Below, piece after piece: positions 39,501 to 49,283 of a stretch of DNA of 64,000 bases (position 1 is its first letter; each line of letters opens with the position of its first letter). The DNA is from Owenia fusiformis. Its lineage: Eukaryota. The notes under the pieces were generated by a model. That model made no database searches. It was not told where the DNA came from and was given only the letters and a program-made list of their open reading frames with translations. The position numbers and the translations under genes are program-made. Location: the NCBI GenBank assembly GCA_903813345.2, contig CAIIXF020000001.1:21080001-21144000 (forward strand). Reading direction: 5' to 3'.

Positions 39501-40015
39501 ATTTTGAGAAGCCTTATATAAAGAATAGAACAAACATATCCACACACAATGGAGGTATAGCAATTTACCATAACAATGAGACGTACCATGTAAATATTGA
39601 AAGTGTAATTGAAAAAACTGAGCCTGAAATTGAACATGTAGTTACATATGTGGAAAATTTATGTGTTGTAACAATCTACAAACAACCAACATGCAATGTT
39701 TCTGAATTTGTTTGTGCACTTGAAAATCTCATTCATTGTGTAACACAAAGGACTAAAAGAATCATTTTAATTGGTGATTTCAATGAAGATCTCCATAATG
39801 ACAAGCCACATCCTATACATCACAATCTAGTGGTCATAAACAGTTTTTCTCAACTGATATGTGAATCAACAACAGAGCAGTTGACATGCATTGACCATGT
39901 TTATGTAAAGGGTATACGTCCTAGCAAATTGAAAGCTTTTGTGGAACCTACTTATTATAGTTATCATGAAATGCTGAAGGTTATTGTGTTAAATGAAAAA
40001 GAGAATTGGGATTAG
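30584..40015 (+). CDS. Helentron (Helitron2-type) polyprotein, 3143 aa: OTU, tegument-like DUB, OTU, NPEF repeats, Zn finger, HUH Rep, PIF1 helicase, APE endonuclease
   Basis: Rep motifs PTWFCSFSCAD, YEFQMRGSPHVH, YIISYVSK. PIF1 motifs GCAGTGKS, APTGTSAFNI, IDEISMV, GDFMQLPPV, IMRQ, ACTIHKLQG, AYVAFSRV. EEP motifs HNIQGL, LCETWL, GDFN, IDHVY, SYH. Two GNCLFRA/GDCLFRA..HYDV OTU domains. QG..Q..GKQC..FDPH peptidase C76-like domain. Confidence 0.95.
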   Translation: MRGSAAEIFQSDLRNINLSESAVEIFQSNLRNMDELCKINERPTPLCQNKCLLSDTAFICSNSHMYENLAAISYATGSPLAKHNIVLTEPIPDSDIPDKARLLLPGKMSKSLKKSLRRLTKTTNQPSVKSHGTTESEVNCDLLKSNVNILDDIKSLIDENNTVLGSISKMNKFYVNKIRGQEKATAKKLKSNLTKSLKRRRNQVMVHSSIKTVSKQSSRKLGRKNHKLISKKYKHVYAENLTEPMSKKDEVKQHHVLEQYLSDNSLRVPTINMETKDSNDDTEIKYKSFSTRKELKRAKYLSRESNFTNKTTSENMQETENENPYFLKVVDEMEDIFNDDCPRVPPMKVVFESDEELENTEIADSQTGGYKPEHPRHELKHKSSENSDDITIIQSKKSGPVGNFTPLQNMEKLQLCNLHNLKYFTKTNDPIHIDVEIRDMKPKQECLKRITGDGNCLFRAISYCITNDESNHRAIRQRIVAHRNDQNCQEYIQKTRGLSHQELELHIKSTNMNRSSVWGTDIEIAAACHLFQMKIITYDRMNSWSVFGREFENRCIYLDHSTQNHYDVITDVIGTEILKVHDIVQGTMAQNDDVFEDIGGGKQCFANSLTYLMMSESEAYRHIDAPFIDDVLYRGNVLYTKIITENPTPTGYLSIYDIPETVSCNDKTFTYRSTPIQGQLEYWNYDEDEHGLTIHEAIDQALTDHDSCLVTFLNTTMCVTKRKKGDTTMYYSFDPHCRDKQGRIHEFGKATVHKSNVLETITMLIWNTAESLAECIQLRADTKNVFIVDAIMLYECKAVKQSTLSSKIKCRNDPGKNEPEEMKKFDCKVKSKSTKRKLNFSEKLSSESDLLGKCSQNEQLGESVKKRPCKENMNINPKIIKEDDDVMNVPGSEKEISIGYFIPLNKTQKIEIAKQFKLKRREMRADAKQDIEILHSFPKQKSLKKVKDDGDCLFRAISYSMTNTEDNHKQIRQLIVDHKSDPICKQYITKTLGITTEELENQIMSKTMHSIGTQIEIVACCHLFEVKILTYSYDRWTVYGDTYNRQLYLNHSGELHYDVVTKVQEKPMQASNATKIHTEERTSSDSSTPEISQLSRIMELGSLETGFYKKSSNISPVEPKTPKCSKKELRRKAKNLKIKQEYNENKDVSENKKEHQRMTYKVSEDYKESKKKESKINYKQTPEKLKKYMKEYQRNKYDTNPEFKEKQKQWIRTEYDMNPEFRKNQKESMKEYEKRKYETNPEFKEKQKQRIRTEYDFNPEFKEKQKQRVRTEYDINPEFKEKQKQRVRTEYDINPEFRENQKDYMKGYEKKRYETNPEFKEKQKQRVRTEYDINPEFVESQKQHSKQEYLSKRQNLSEFSNALLRFRNIISDGLTYVCTVCQKLLFRHQVLKYSQDKLSDSKNIRENAAKCISDTYVHKRNDTCQPNCSLCNSPKSETWICHNCLRYLRKGEMPLTAHCNKMSVPHAPEELKCLNELEQHLIALRLPFMKIVHLPKGGQFGMKGPVISVASDIVETVTSLPRPLHDEELIQVKLKRKLQYDGHHMYKTVSITKVKKALLYFADNNPLYRTVAISDDFQKCVPDYLLDIKDRNQITPLNDNEQSEHITYSKSISKMNEDAGEGSNKDSEEIANESVGVLFDTCLQPGNIGQEMLDLHMDSIYSVAPGENKKPLPILQEQNNEAMSFPTLFPDGTNTFSQARIKDIRPAKYFGNRLFSADLRFGQNSQYIFYAQYTSELKKIIDNVSFSLKKGTRSKADGSELKLDDILNREKCEALTRKSVGYHYLQPIRGTPPFWQREQMNLFAMIRQLGSPTWFCSFSCADLRWDEFILTILNQNNDKRLPTELSKTEKCNLIRDNPVTVARLFDFRWTRFLKEIIMSPSNPIGKVKDLWWRYEFQMRGSPHVHCLFWIEDAPTYENASKSEVEEFIEKYISCELPDEVDDPELNNIVSEVQTHSKNHSKSCKKKGTTCRFNFPKPPSSRTFIASNDDPENDMPLEKAKNILVALKAQILSDDCSGLSLDQIFEKAWPGLTQEEYQKAQSTLAKTKQVILKRNAKEMWINNYNADLLRAWNANMDIQHPVDIFAVVVYIISYVSKGETEMSKNLQAACDEAKEQNASASKAMKAIGYRYMKHREISVQEAVYRGSNMKIKQASRTVVFLPVGNNPIRMSLPLKILRMKKTDKLFLPNIIDKYLGRPTTNDFNSMCLAEFASKYLLLNTQKKTLETEDGDDQNEILDIDTGDKTNENDECKIMKLQGELGYIQKRTKHYAIVRYPNFSRENNSEEYFHSMLQLFMPYRNENEFKPNQCDSYENYLRSSILHNNKMVKISDIVDKNKSIYDITGEKLSDAVDKLNNEGTYDDAWAKIAPEQELNRHESILDKEPDEMIDVAEGDIPEIDYIEKKDKVKSATCLVELQTSTRSTSDIMPLLRQLNSKQKQIYYIVRKWCLEKAKCCSEECLGKNPDPLFLHISGCAGTGKSHLIKCIHYTSTRIFQIYGDQKLKNAISTLLTAPTGTSAFNIHGNTVHSAFHIVTKNKSKRDGKDGHFKYIPLTEQLMAKVRVQLENLQNLVIDEISMVSIELLKYVDGRLGQIKRTDDKFGNTSILAFGDFMQLPPVIQKILLKEYPHIFNPFDLFKKIELTEIMRQKDDIEYAEVLRRIRVLKKTEKLSEKDDQFFRNIAQKKPPANCLRAYSTRKLRDGYNTSRLQELCKANNKVIHHIKAEDYFKRNGQTWEKTDRAPRSLSETFDPEITLCEGANVLLIKNVAVADGLVNGVFGIVTHIEYKNPQDNMPQAVWVKFNDSRVGQKYKYEHPSSKYPESIRIEPAEDQVGQFLRRQIPLILSYACTIHKLQGATCQELTVSMKGMFKGGMAYVAFSRVTSAKGLYILDYDPALIYCDADMIANLDRMPMYDIQPNPKPNTNDLTIAFHNIQGLVAHIEDAKVNTELLSSDIICLCETWLYRDDTSPVLFLPHFEKPYIKNRTNISTHNGGIAIYHNNETYHVNIESVIEKTEPEIEHVVTYVENLCVVTIYKQPTCNVSEFVCALENLIHCVTQRTKRIILIGDFNEDLHNDKPHPIHHNLVVINSFSQLICESTTEQLTCIDHVYVKGIRPSKLKAFVEPTYYSYHEMLKVIVLNEKENWD
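34140..34630 (+). repeat. Coding tandem repeat with 54-bp and 66-bp units (NPEF motif x8)
   Basis: NPEFKEKQKQRVRTEYDI (18 aa) and NPEFRxNQKxxMKxYEKxxYET (22 aa) units. Confidence 0.9.
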
Positions 40016-40429
40016 TGGTAGTTATTATCACATACCTTAGCTGAACACTTAAGACTAAGATAATTGTTTTTATTGGTGAATTTGATGAAGATATCGATAA
40101 TGACCATCATCCTCTTGATCACAATAATGTATGATTTCAAGAGACAATGCTCTCATCAAATGTGAGAATACTTGACTTCAGATATCAATAACTATGTACA
40201 GCAGTCCGTTAAGCCAACAATATATGAATAAAGATAGTACAATGGTATACTGCTTGACGTCATCAGTGACATAGAAACAAATTGTCAAATTGCAGAATCA
40301 ATCACTAAGTAAGACAATTAAACAGACTATTTAACAAACTGTGGAAATTTGAAAAAATGTATAAACAAACAACTTACCAATGATAGACATGTAAATAGTG
40401 CATTGATATACAGTGTTACCTCATTATTA

Positions 40430-43400
40430 ACACTTGATTGCAGAAGCAATCACTAAGTAAAATGATGAAACACTCCATTGGAAATTAAACATAGTATTAA
40501 GATACACATTACCAAGGACAGACATATATATATATAGTGCCTTGATATACTGCAAGATATCATATGTTTCATATAAACAACTGACTGCAGAATCAATCAC
40601 TACATAAAATGATAAAACATTCCATTTAGCCAACTTTGGAAATTAAACATTGTATTAACATACATATTACCAACGACAGACATATATATAGTGCCCTGAT
40701 ATACTGCAAGATTAAATTTGTTTCATATAAACAACTGACTGCAGAATCAATCACTACATAAATGATAAAACACTCCATTTAGCCAACTTTGGAAATTGAA
40801 GATTGTATTAAGATACACATTACTAATGACAGACATACATATATAGTGCCCTGATATACTGCAAGGTAGCATTTGTTTCATATGAACAACTGACTGCAGA
40901 ATCAATCACTACAAAAATGATATAACACTCCATCGAGCCAACTTTGGAAATTAAACATTGTATTAACATACATATTACCAATAACAGACATATACTTGTA
41001 TATATAGTGCCCTGATATACTGTAAGATAAAATTTGTTTCATATAAACAACTGACTGCAGAATCAATCACTTCATAAAATGATAAAACACTCCATTTAGC
41101 CAACTTTGGAAATTAAACATTGTATTAACATACATATTACCAATGACAGACATATATATAGTGCCCTGATATACTGTAACATAAAATGTGTTTCATATAA
41201 ACAACTGACTGCAGAATCAATCACTAAGTGAAATGATAAAACACTCCATTTGGCAAACTTTGGAAATTAAACATTGTATTAAGATACACATTACCAATTA
41301 CAGACATATATAAAGTGCCCTGATATACTGCAAGATAAAATTTGTTTCATATAAACAACTGACTGCAGAATGAAGCATTAAGTAAAATGATAAAACACTC
41401 CATTTAGCCAACTTTGGAGATTAAACATTGTATTAACATACATATTTCCAATGACAGACATATATATAGTGCCCTGATATACTGCAAGATAAAATTTGTT
41501 TCATATAAACAACTGACTGCAGAATCAATCACTACACAAAATGATAAAACACTCCATTTAGCCAACTTTGGAAATTAAACATTGTATTAACATACATAAT
41601 ACCAATGACAGACATATATATAGTGCCCTGATATACTGCAAGATTAAATTTGTTTCATATAAACAACTGACTGCAGAGTCAATCACTAAGTGAAATGATA
41701 AAACACTCCATTTAGCCAACTTTGGAGATTAAACATTGTATTAACATACATATTACCTATGACAGACATATTTATAGTGCCCTGATATACTGCAAGAAAA
41801 AATTTGTTTCATATAAACAATTGACTGCAGAATCAATCATTAAGTGAAATGATAAAACACTCCATTTGGCAAACTTTGGAAATTAAACATTGTATTAAGA
41901 TAAACATTACAAATTACAGACATATATAAAGTGCATTGATATACTGCAAGATAAAATTTGTTTCATATAAACAACTGACTGCAGAATCAAGCATTAAGTA
42001 AAATGATAAAACACTCCATTTAGCCAACTTTGGAAATTTAACATTGTATTAACATTCACATTACCAATGACAGACATATATATAGTGCGCTTGTATACTG
42101 CAAGATAACATGTGTTTCACATAAACATCTGAATGTAGAATCAATCACTAAGTAAAATGATGAAACAGTCCATTTAGTCAACTTTGGAAAATTAACAATT
42201 TATTAACATACACATTACCAATGACAGACATTTAAATAGTGCCCTGATAAACTGCAAGATAATTTGTTTCATATAAACAACTGACTGCAGAATCAGTCAC
42301 TAAGTAAAATGATAAAACACTCCATTAAGCCAACTTTGGAAATTAATCATTGTATTAACATACACATTGCCAATGACAGACATATATATAGTGCGCTTGT
42401 ATACTGCAAGATAACATGTGTTTCACATAAACATCTGAATGCAGAATCAATCACTAAGTAAAATGATAAAACACTCCATTTAGCCAACTTTGGAAATTAA
42501 ACATTTATGACGATACACATTACCAATGACAGACATATATATATATATAGTGTCCTTATATACTGCAAGATAACATTTGTTTCATATAAACAACTGACTG
42601 CAGAATCAATCACTAAGTAAAATGATAAAACACTCCATTTAACCAACTTTGGAAATTAAACATTGCATTAACATACACATTACCAATGACAGAGATATTT
42701 ATAGTGCCTTGATAATCTGCCAAATAAAATTTGTTTCATATAAAAAACTGACTGCAGCATCAATCACTAAGTAGAATAATAAAACACGCCATTTAGCAAA
42801 CTTTGGAAATTATGACAGACATATCTATGTAGTGCCCTGATATACTCCAAGATGAAATTTGTTTCATATAATTAAACAACTGACTGCAGAATCAATCACT
42901 GATAAATGATAAAACATTCCATTCAGCAAACTTTGGAAATAAAACATTGTATTAAGGTACACATTATCAATGACAGACATATACGACTCGTATATAGTGC
43001 CCTGATATACTGCAAGATAAAATGTGTTTGATATAAACAACTGACTGCAGAATCAGTCACTAAGTAAAATGATAAAACACTCCATTTAGCCAACTTTGGA
43101 CATAAAACATTTATTAAGATATACATTACCAATCACAGACATATATATATATATATACTGCAAGATAACATGTGTTTCATATAAACAACTGACTGCAGAA
43201 TCAATCACTGAGTAAAATGATAAAACACTCCATTCAGCCAACTTTGGACATAAAACATTTATTAAGATATACATTACCAATGACAGACATATATATAGTA
43301 CTCTGATATACTGCAAGATAAAATTTGTTTCATATAAACAGCTGACTACAGAATCAATCACTAAGTAAAATGACAAAGCAGCCAATTTATCCATATTTGG

Positions 43401-43545
43401 AAATGAAACATTGTATTCACATACACATAATCAATGACAGATATATATATAGTGCCCTGATATACTGCAAGATAAAATGTGTTTCATATAAACAACTAAC
43501 TGCAGAATCAGTCACTAAGTAAAATGATAAAACACTCCATTACCA
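40430..43545. repeat. Satellite array 1, 154-bp unit, about 20 copies
   Basis: Anchor ctgcagaat at 41055, 41209, 41363, 41517 (period 154); decayed copies extend to about 40230 and 44170. Confidence 0.95.
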
Positions 43546-44399
43546 AGGAGAGACAAATGAAAAGTGGGCTGATATTAGACAGAAATAACTGACATGACTG
43601 CAGGATCAGTCACTATGTTGACCACTGATAAATATGCAATGACATACTGCGCAAAACGTGATGTGTAACATAGAAACACTTTACTGGTTAATTACTAAGT
43701 AAAAAACAGTTTGTTTACCCAACTTTGATACTTAACAATGTGTCAACATACACATTACCGATGATAGACATATAAATATGAAACTAGTGTACTGCTTGAC
43801 ATCATTTGTTAGATATAAAACAATTGATCATAGAATTAATCACTAAGTAAAACAATATATAAACAGACAACTTACCCATAAAAGACATATAAATAGTGCA
43901 TTGGTACACTGCTTGTCATTACCTGTCAGAAAAACACTTGATTGCAGAATCAGGTACCATGTGAAACATTAGAAGTGTTTATTTAACCAATTTTAGAAAT
44001 TGAACAATGTGAACATATAAATAGTGTACTTATATACTGTTTGACATCACAGAAAGAATGTATGACACCATATGTTACATAGTCAATTTAGCCAACTGTG
44101 GATATTATACAATATATTAACATATAACTTACTAATAATTGTATATTTTTCCAACTTTGGAAATTAAACAATGCATAATCTGTTGGCCAAGCCAATGTCA
44201 AGTTATATCATGCTCATTGTTCTATATTTTTATAAAGATTACATTAACAAAATGCAACAACAACCGAAGTATAATGCAAATATAAAAGAGATGATATTGA
44301 TATTCAATCACTAAAGGAAACAATAAAATAATCCATGTTCAGTGATGGGATTACTAATTGTCATTTGTATTTAATTGCAGACTTTATATAATATTATAG

Positions 44400-45850
44400 T
44401 AACTCTGTATGACACTGGTGTGTTGTACTCTGCAGGTAGAATTGATACTTCATGGTTTGTTACCATGTGACAATTGTTGGTTGTTTTCAATTGTAGCTTT
44501 GTAAATAATATAATATATTATACTCTAAAGCTACAATTGTTACTTCTGTGTGACAACTGTATGACACAAGTGTGTTATACTCTGGAGATACAAATGTTAC
44601 TTCATGGTCTGTTACCATGTGCCAGTTCTTGCTTGTTTTCAATTGTGGCTTTGTAAATAATATAATATATTATACTCTAAAGCTACAATTGTTACTTCTG
44701 TGTTACAGCTGTATGACACAAGTGTGTGATACTCTGCATGTACAACTGTTACTTCAGGGTTTGTTACCTTGTGACAGTTGGTGGTTGTTTCAATTGTAGC
44801 TTTGTAAATAATATAATATATTATACTCCAAAGCTACAATTGTTACTTCTGTGTGACAACTGTATGACGCAAGTGCGTTATACTCTGCAGGTACAACTGT
44901 TACTTCATGGTCTGTTACCATGTGCCAGTTGTTGCTTGTTTTCAATTGTAGCTTTGTAAATAATATAATATATTATACTCTAAAGCTACAATTGTTACTT
45001 CTGTGTGACAACTGTATGACACAAGTGTGTTATACTCTGCAGATACAAATGTTACTTCATGGTCTGTTACCATGTACTAGTTCCTGCTTGTTTTCAATTG
45101 TGGCTTTGTAAATAATATAATATACTATTATACTCTAAAGCTACAATTGTTACTTCTATGTGACAGCTGTATGACACAAGTGTGTGATACTCTGCATGTA
45201 CAACTGTTACTTCAGGGTTTGTTACCTTGTGATCATTGTTGGTTGTTTTCAATTGTAGCTTTGTAAATGACATAATATATTATACTCTGCAGCTACAATT
45301 GTTACTTCTGTGTGACAACTGTATGGCACAAGTGCGTTCTACTCTGCCGGTACAACTGTTACTTCATGGTTTGTTATCATGTGATAATTGTTGGTTGTTT
45401 TCAATTGTAACTTTGTAATGACATAATATATTATACTCTGCAGCTACAATTGTTATTTCTGTGTGACAACTGTATGACACAAGTGCATTCTACTCTGCAT
45501 GTACAACTGTTACTTCATGGTTTGTTACCATGTGATAATTGTTGGTTGTTTTCAATTGTAGCTTCGTAAATATAATATTTTATACTCTTAAGCTACAATT
45601 GTTACTTCTGTATGACAACTTTATGACACAAGTGTCTTATTGTCTGCAAGTATAACTGTTACTTTATGGTTTGTTACCATATGACACTTGTTAGTTGTTT
45701 GCAATTATAACATTGTAAATAATATATTATATTCTAAAGCTACAATTGTTACTTCTGTGTGACAACTGTATGACACAAGTGTGTTATAATCTGGAGGTTC
45801 AACTGTTACTTCATGGTTTGTTACCATATGACGGTTGTTGGTTGGCCTCA
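44400..45850. repeat. Satellite array 2, 152-bp unit, about 9-10 copies, decaying to about 47750
   Basis: Anchor gctacaattg at 44530, 44682, 44833, 44985. Confidence 0.93.
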
Positions 45851-46505
45851 ATTGCAGCTTTTTAAATTATATAATATACCTAACCCTGGTGCTACAATTG
45901 TTACTTTATGTTTTTGTACCATATGACAACTGTTGGTGGGACAACTTCATTTGTGACTTAGTATGGTATATGTATGTTATACTCTGAACTTACAATTATG
46001 TTAGTTCGTGGTCTTGTACCATTTGACAACTGTTAATTAGTTGTCTTAAACTGTGACTTAATTTAATATAATAGTAACTGTGTATGACACGTAAGTGTGT
46101 TATACTTTTATTATACTATAATGTCATGGTTTGTTACCATGTGACAAATGTTGATTGTCTTCAATTGCAGCTTTGTATAGTATAAGTTTGTTTTACCCTA
46201 AATTTGCAGTTGATTGTTCTTTGTCTTGATTATATGACAGCTGTTGGTTAGTTTTCTTAAATAGTGACATTATATGATACAATGGTAATTTTGTATTACA
46301 CAAATATATTATACACTGAAGGTACAATTGTTACTCCATGGTTTACTGTGTGACAACATCATGTTGTCTTCAATTGCAGCTTTGTGTGATATATGGTATA
46401 CTTTGAAGTTACAATTATTTTATTCGGATTCTGATTTCGTGTAAGGCTGTTAATCAGTCATGGTATTTTAAAATGTAAAAAACTGATGATTTGTTGTCTT
46501 AAAAC

Positions 46506-46846
46506 CTAGCCATACACTTGCCGGACAAACTCCGACATCAAGGGAGCTATAGAGTAAAATATTTTTAGCAGAAAACCTTGGACAATTTCAGCTTCTCCAG
46601 GGTTGTCCACCGAACATTATCCGTTTTGTCCAAGTTTGTCCGTTTTTTCTCTGAGTTAGTTCATTTATGTCCGTTGGAAAGAATTAACTTGTCAATTCTG
46701 TTATCCGGACAAATTCAAAAGCATTAATTCACATAATGATGATTTGACTATTTTTTGACAAAACAGGACATCATCGAACAAAACAGGACAATCTTGGACA
46801 GATAAAACGGACAAAGTCTTAGAAAGTCCGCCAAGTGTATGGCTAG
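46506..46846. mobile_element. MITE (PIF/Harbinger-like) in the decayed tail of array 2
   Basis: 21-bp TIR ctagccatacacttgccggac / gtccgccaagtgtatggctag, one mismatch. Confidence 0.75.
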
Positions 46847-49283
46847 CTTAATTATATCTGTATGTACAAATATATAATACTCTGAATTGCAGCTTTGTAT
46901 AATATACCAGTAGGTAAATTATAATTTGAAGCTGCAATTGTTCCTGAGTGGTTTTTAGCATGTGACAGTCCGACCTTGCAATTGTTACTTCATGGTTTTA
47001 GTAAAAAAACATGAAGCAACTTGAAGTTGTTACAATGGTAATTTGGATATCTTCAATTGTAGATCTGTATAATTATATAAGTCTATGATAAACTGAAATT
47101 GCAATTTTAACTCAATGGTTTTTAGCAAATGAACCATGAACCATAGTTTTAGTACTTATAAACATGAAGTAACTTAAACTTGTGATATGGTAAAAAGTTT
47201 TTACCCTGCTATACCCTGAAGTTGAAATTGCAACTTCATGTTACTTTACCATGCAGTTCTGTACAATATGATAATGTTATGCCCCGAAGTTCAAAATGGT
47301 ACGTCATGGCTTGTTGTATAACATTACTATGTTGTACTCTGAAGTATAATATATAATGTACAAGTATTATAATTGTTTAATATATGTATATTGAACCCAA
47401 TACTTGCATTGGTTGCTTTATAGTTTTTTACCATGTAGCAACTGTTTGTTAGTTATATTTAATTGCAACATTGTAACTAAGTTGAATAGGTAATATAAGT
47501 GTATAGCATAAAACTGTAGCTTTGTATAGCAATTATACTCTTTGGAGAAACAATATTGACTTTTTGCCATGAGACTGTGTATATACTGTAGATATATTAT
47601 ACCCAGAAGCTACAACTTTTGACTTCATGATTGTCAGTCAGTTGCCTTGAATTATACTTAGCTATTATTGTTGTTACTTAATGGCATGATATGATGTAAC
47701 AATTGTTGTATCAATAACATTGTATCTGACAGTGTCAAAATTCTATAAATGGTGAAATTGTAAGTGTATAATCAATTTGTTGATAAAGGATGGGATATAA
47801 GGATTAGTATATTGTATTATCATATTTATTGTTGGTTTAATATAATAACTATATTCTGTTAACATCTACTTGACTGAGCCAACAACCTGCAGCAGAAAAT
47901 AATAAACTCTGGGATGTCCTAAATCATGCAATCAAGCAGTGATTTATCAACTGTTTATACCTCCATTAAAACTCATTTAGCGAATGTCATCTTGAGACAT
48001 CAACTGATGAACTAAACAATAGAATTTTATTCAGCATGTGAAACTCGTATGAATGACTAAGGAATATTACACCATATATGTGCTTAAAGGACATCCTTAT
48101 ATTATCACTCCGAATTGCACCAAATGAGTGCCTGAAAGCCATGAAAGTGAAAAGTGTACTATTAAACAGAATGTACATAAGTATGTCATATGATGTAAGT
48201 CGTATCAGCACGAAGGACAACTGAAGTATATACATACATCATTGCTGTCTGATGAACTGTATAAGCCTATTCTTTATAGGATATCGTTCTAAACAGCATA
48301 TCTAATGGACTAAATAAATAAAAACTAAATAAAAATACATATGGCTAAGACATTCTGTGACATATCCTGTACTTGGCATCATCCAAATCAGGGGCATTAT
48401 AATTGCCAAGAGGAACCATGGTATATATGCAAGTAATTATTTAGTCTCATATTGATCATTTATTTATTTCTCTGTCTTACAACTTTCAGGTTTTCTAAAA
48501 CAATTCAACGTGTTAAGGAAAACATTTTAATTGGAATGGAGAATGTATGTTTCTTAGGTTCATGTTGTACTTATTTTGTAGTCCAGCATGTGTTCATCTG
48601 TTTGTTTATCCGTTTGTAGAAACTCATATGACATTTTTCAATACGATTTTTGTCAGTGCCATAATGTAATTCTTTGACCTGCGTGGATAAACCTTTAAAT
48701 AAATATGAAATGTCATATTATGATACACTTTAAATCATTTCTTCTGTGTCTTGATTGAACTACTGTATGTGTTCAAATTTTACATTAGAATGTGAATGTT
48801 CCCTCAGTCCAGACATTCAAGGCAGAATCAGAGCTACAGGGGTAACAAAATTACAAGCAACATGTACTATTGACATTCCAATGTATTCTCCACCATTTCA
48901 AATATACCAGATAATTGTGGAATGTTTTTTAATAAATGTCATAATCACATAAAGCAGTCAACACTTTGTTGTAAAAACAACTTGAATTTTCCTCACATAA
49001 AGCAATATGGCTTTTTAGAAAGTAAATACACCAACGAACGGTATGAGCCAAAAGTATTCTAAAATTGAGACAAATACTAGTATTGATAATGTTGCTTGGT
49101 ATATTTGATTCTCCTCCACATACAATTTTGCTAACAATCTTTTCATTTCACTTCACATTAGTCATAATGTATATCATCGACTAATTCATAATTATCCATT
49201 TTAAGTCCACTATATATAGTACTACTCAAGGAGCTTTGTAACAATATAAATATTTCATTGCCACACAATTCTACACGTCTCAT

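Larger units (their letters stand above)
30230..47750 (+). mobile_element. Autonomous Helentron, approximate extent (ORF plus downstream arrays)
   Basis: The ORF identity is firm. The boundaries are guesses because no matching subTIR pair was found. Confidence 0.55.

Noticed and set aside
42923-45418. Repetitive 60-100 aa ORFs in the satellite arrays
   Set aside because: Unit lengths are not multiples of three, so frames break each unit; no coding signal.
40430-45850. CRISPR-like repeat-spacer array next to a nuclease/helicase gene
   Set aside because: Units are homologous along their whole length with no unique spacers, there are no cas motifs, and the context is eukaryotic.
48000-48300. 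Hammerhead ribozyme or C/D snoRNA at ctgatga (about 48004 and 48249)
   Set aside because: No GAAA after a stem II, and no correctly spaced D box with a terminal stem.
30150-48410. cattgcccctt (about 30152) and caggggcatt (about 48389) as Helentron subTIRs
   Set aside because: Two mismatches in 10 bp and no convincing 5' stem-loop or 3' hairpin; expected by chance.
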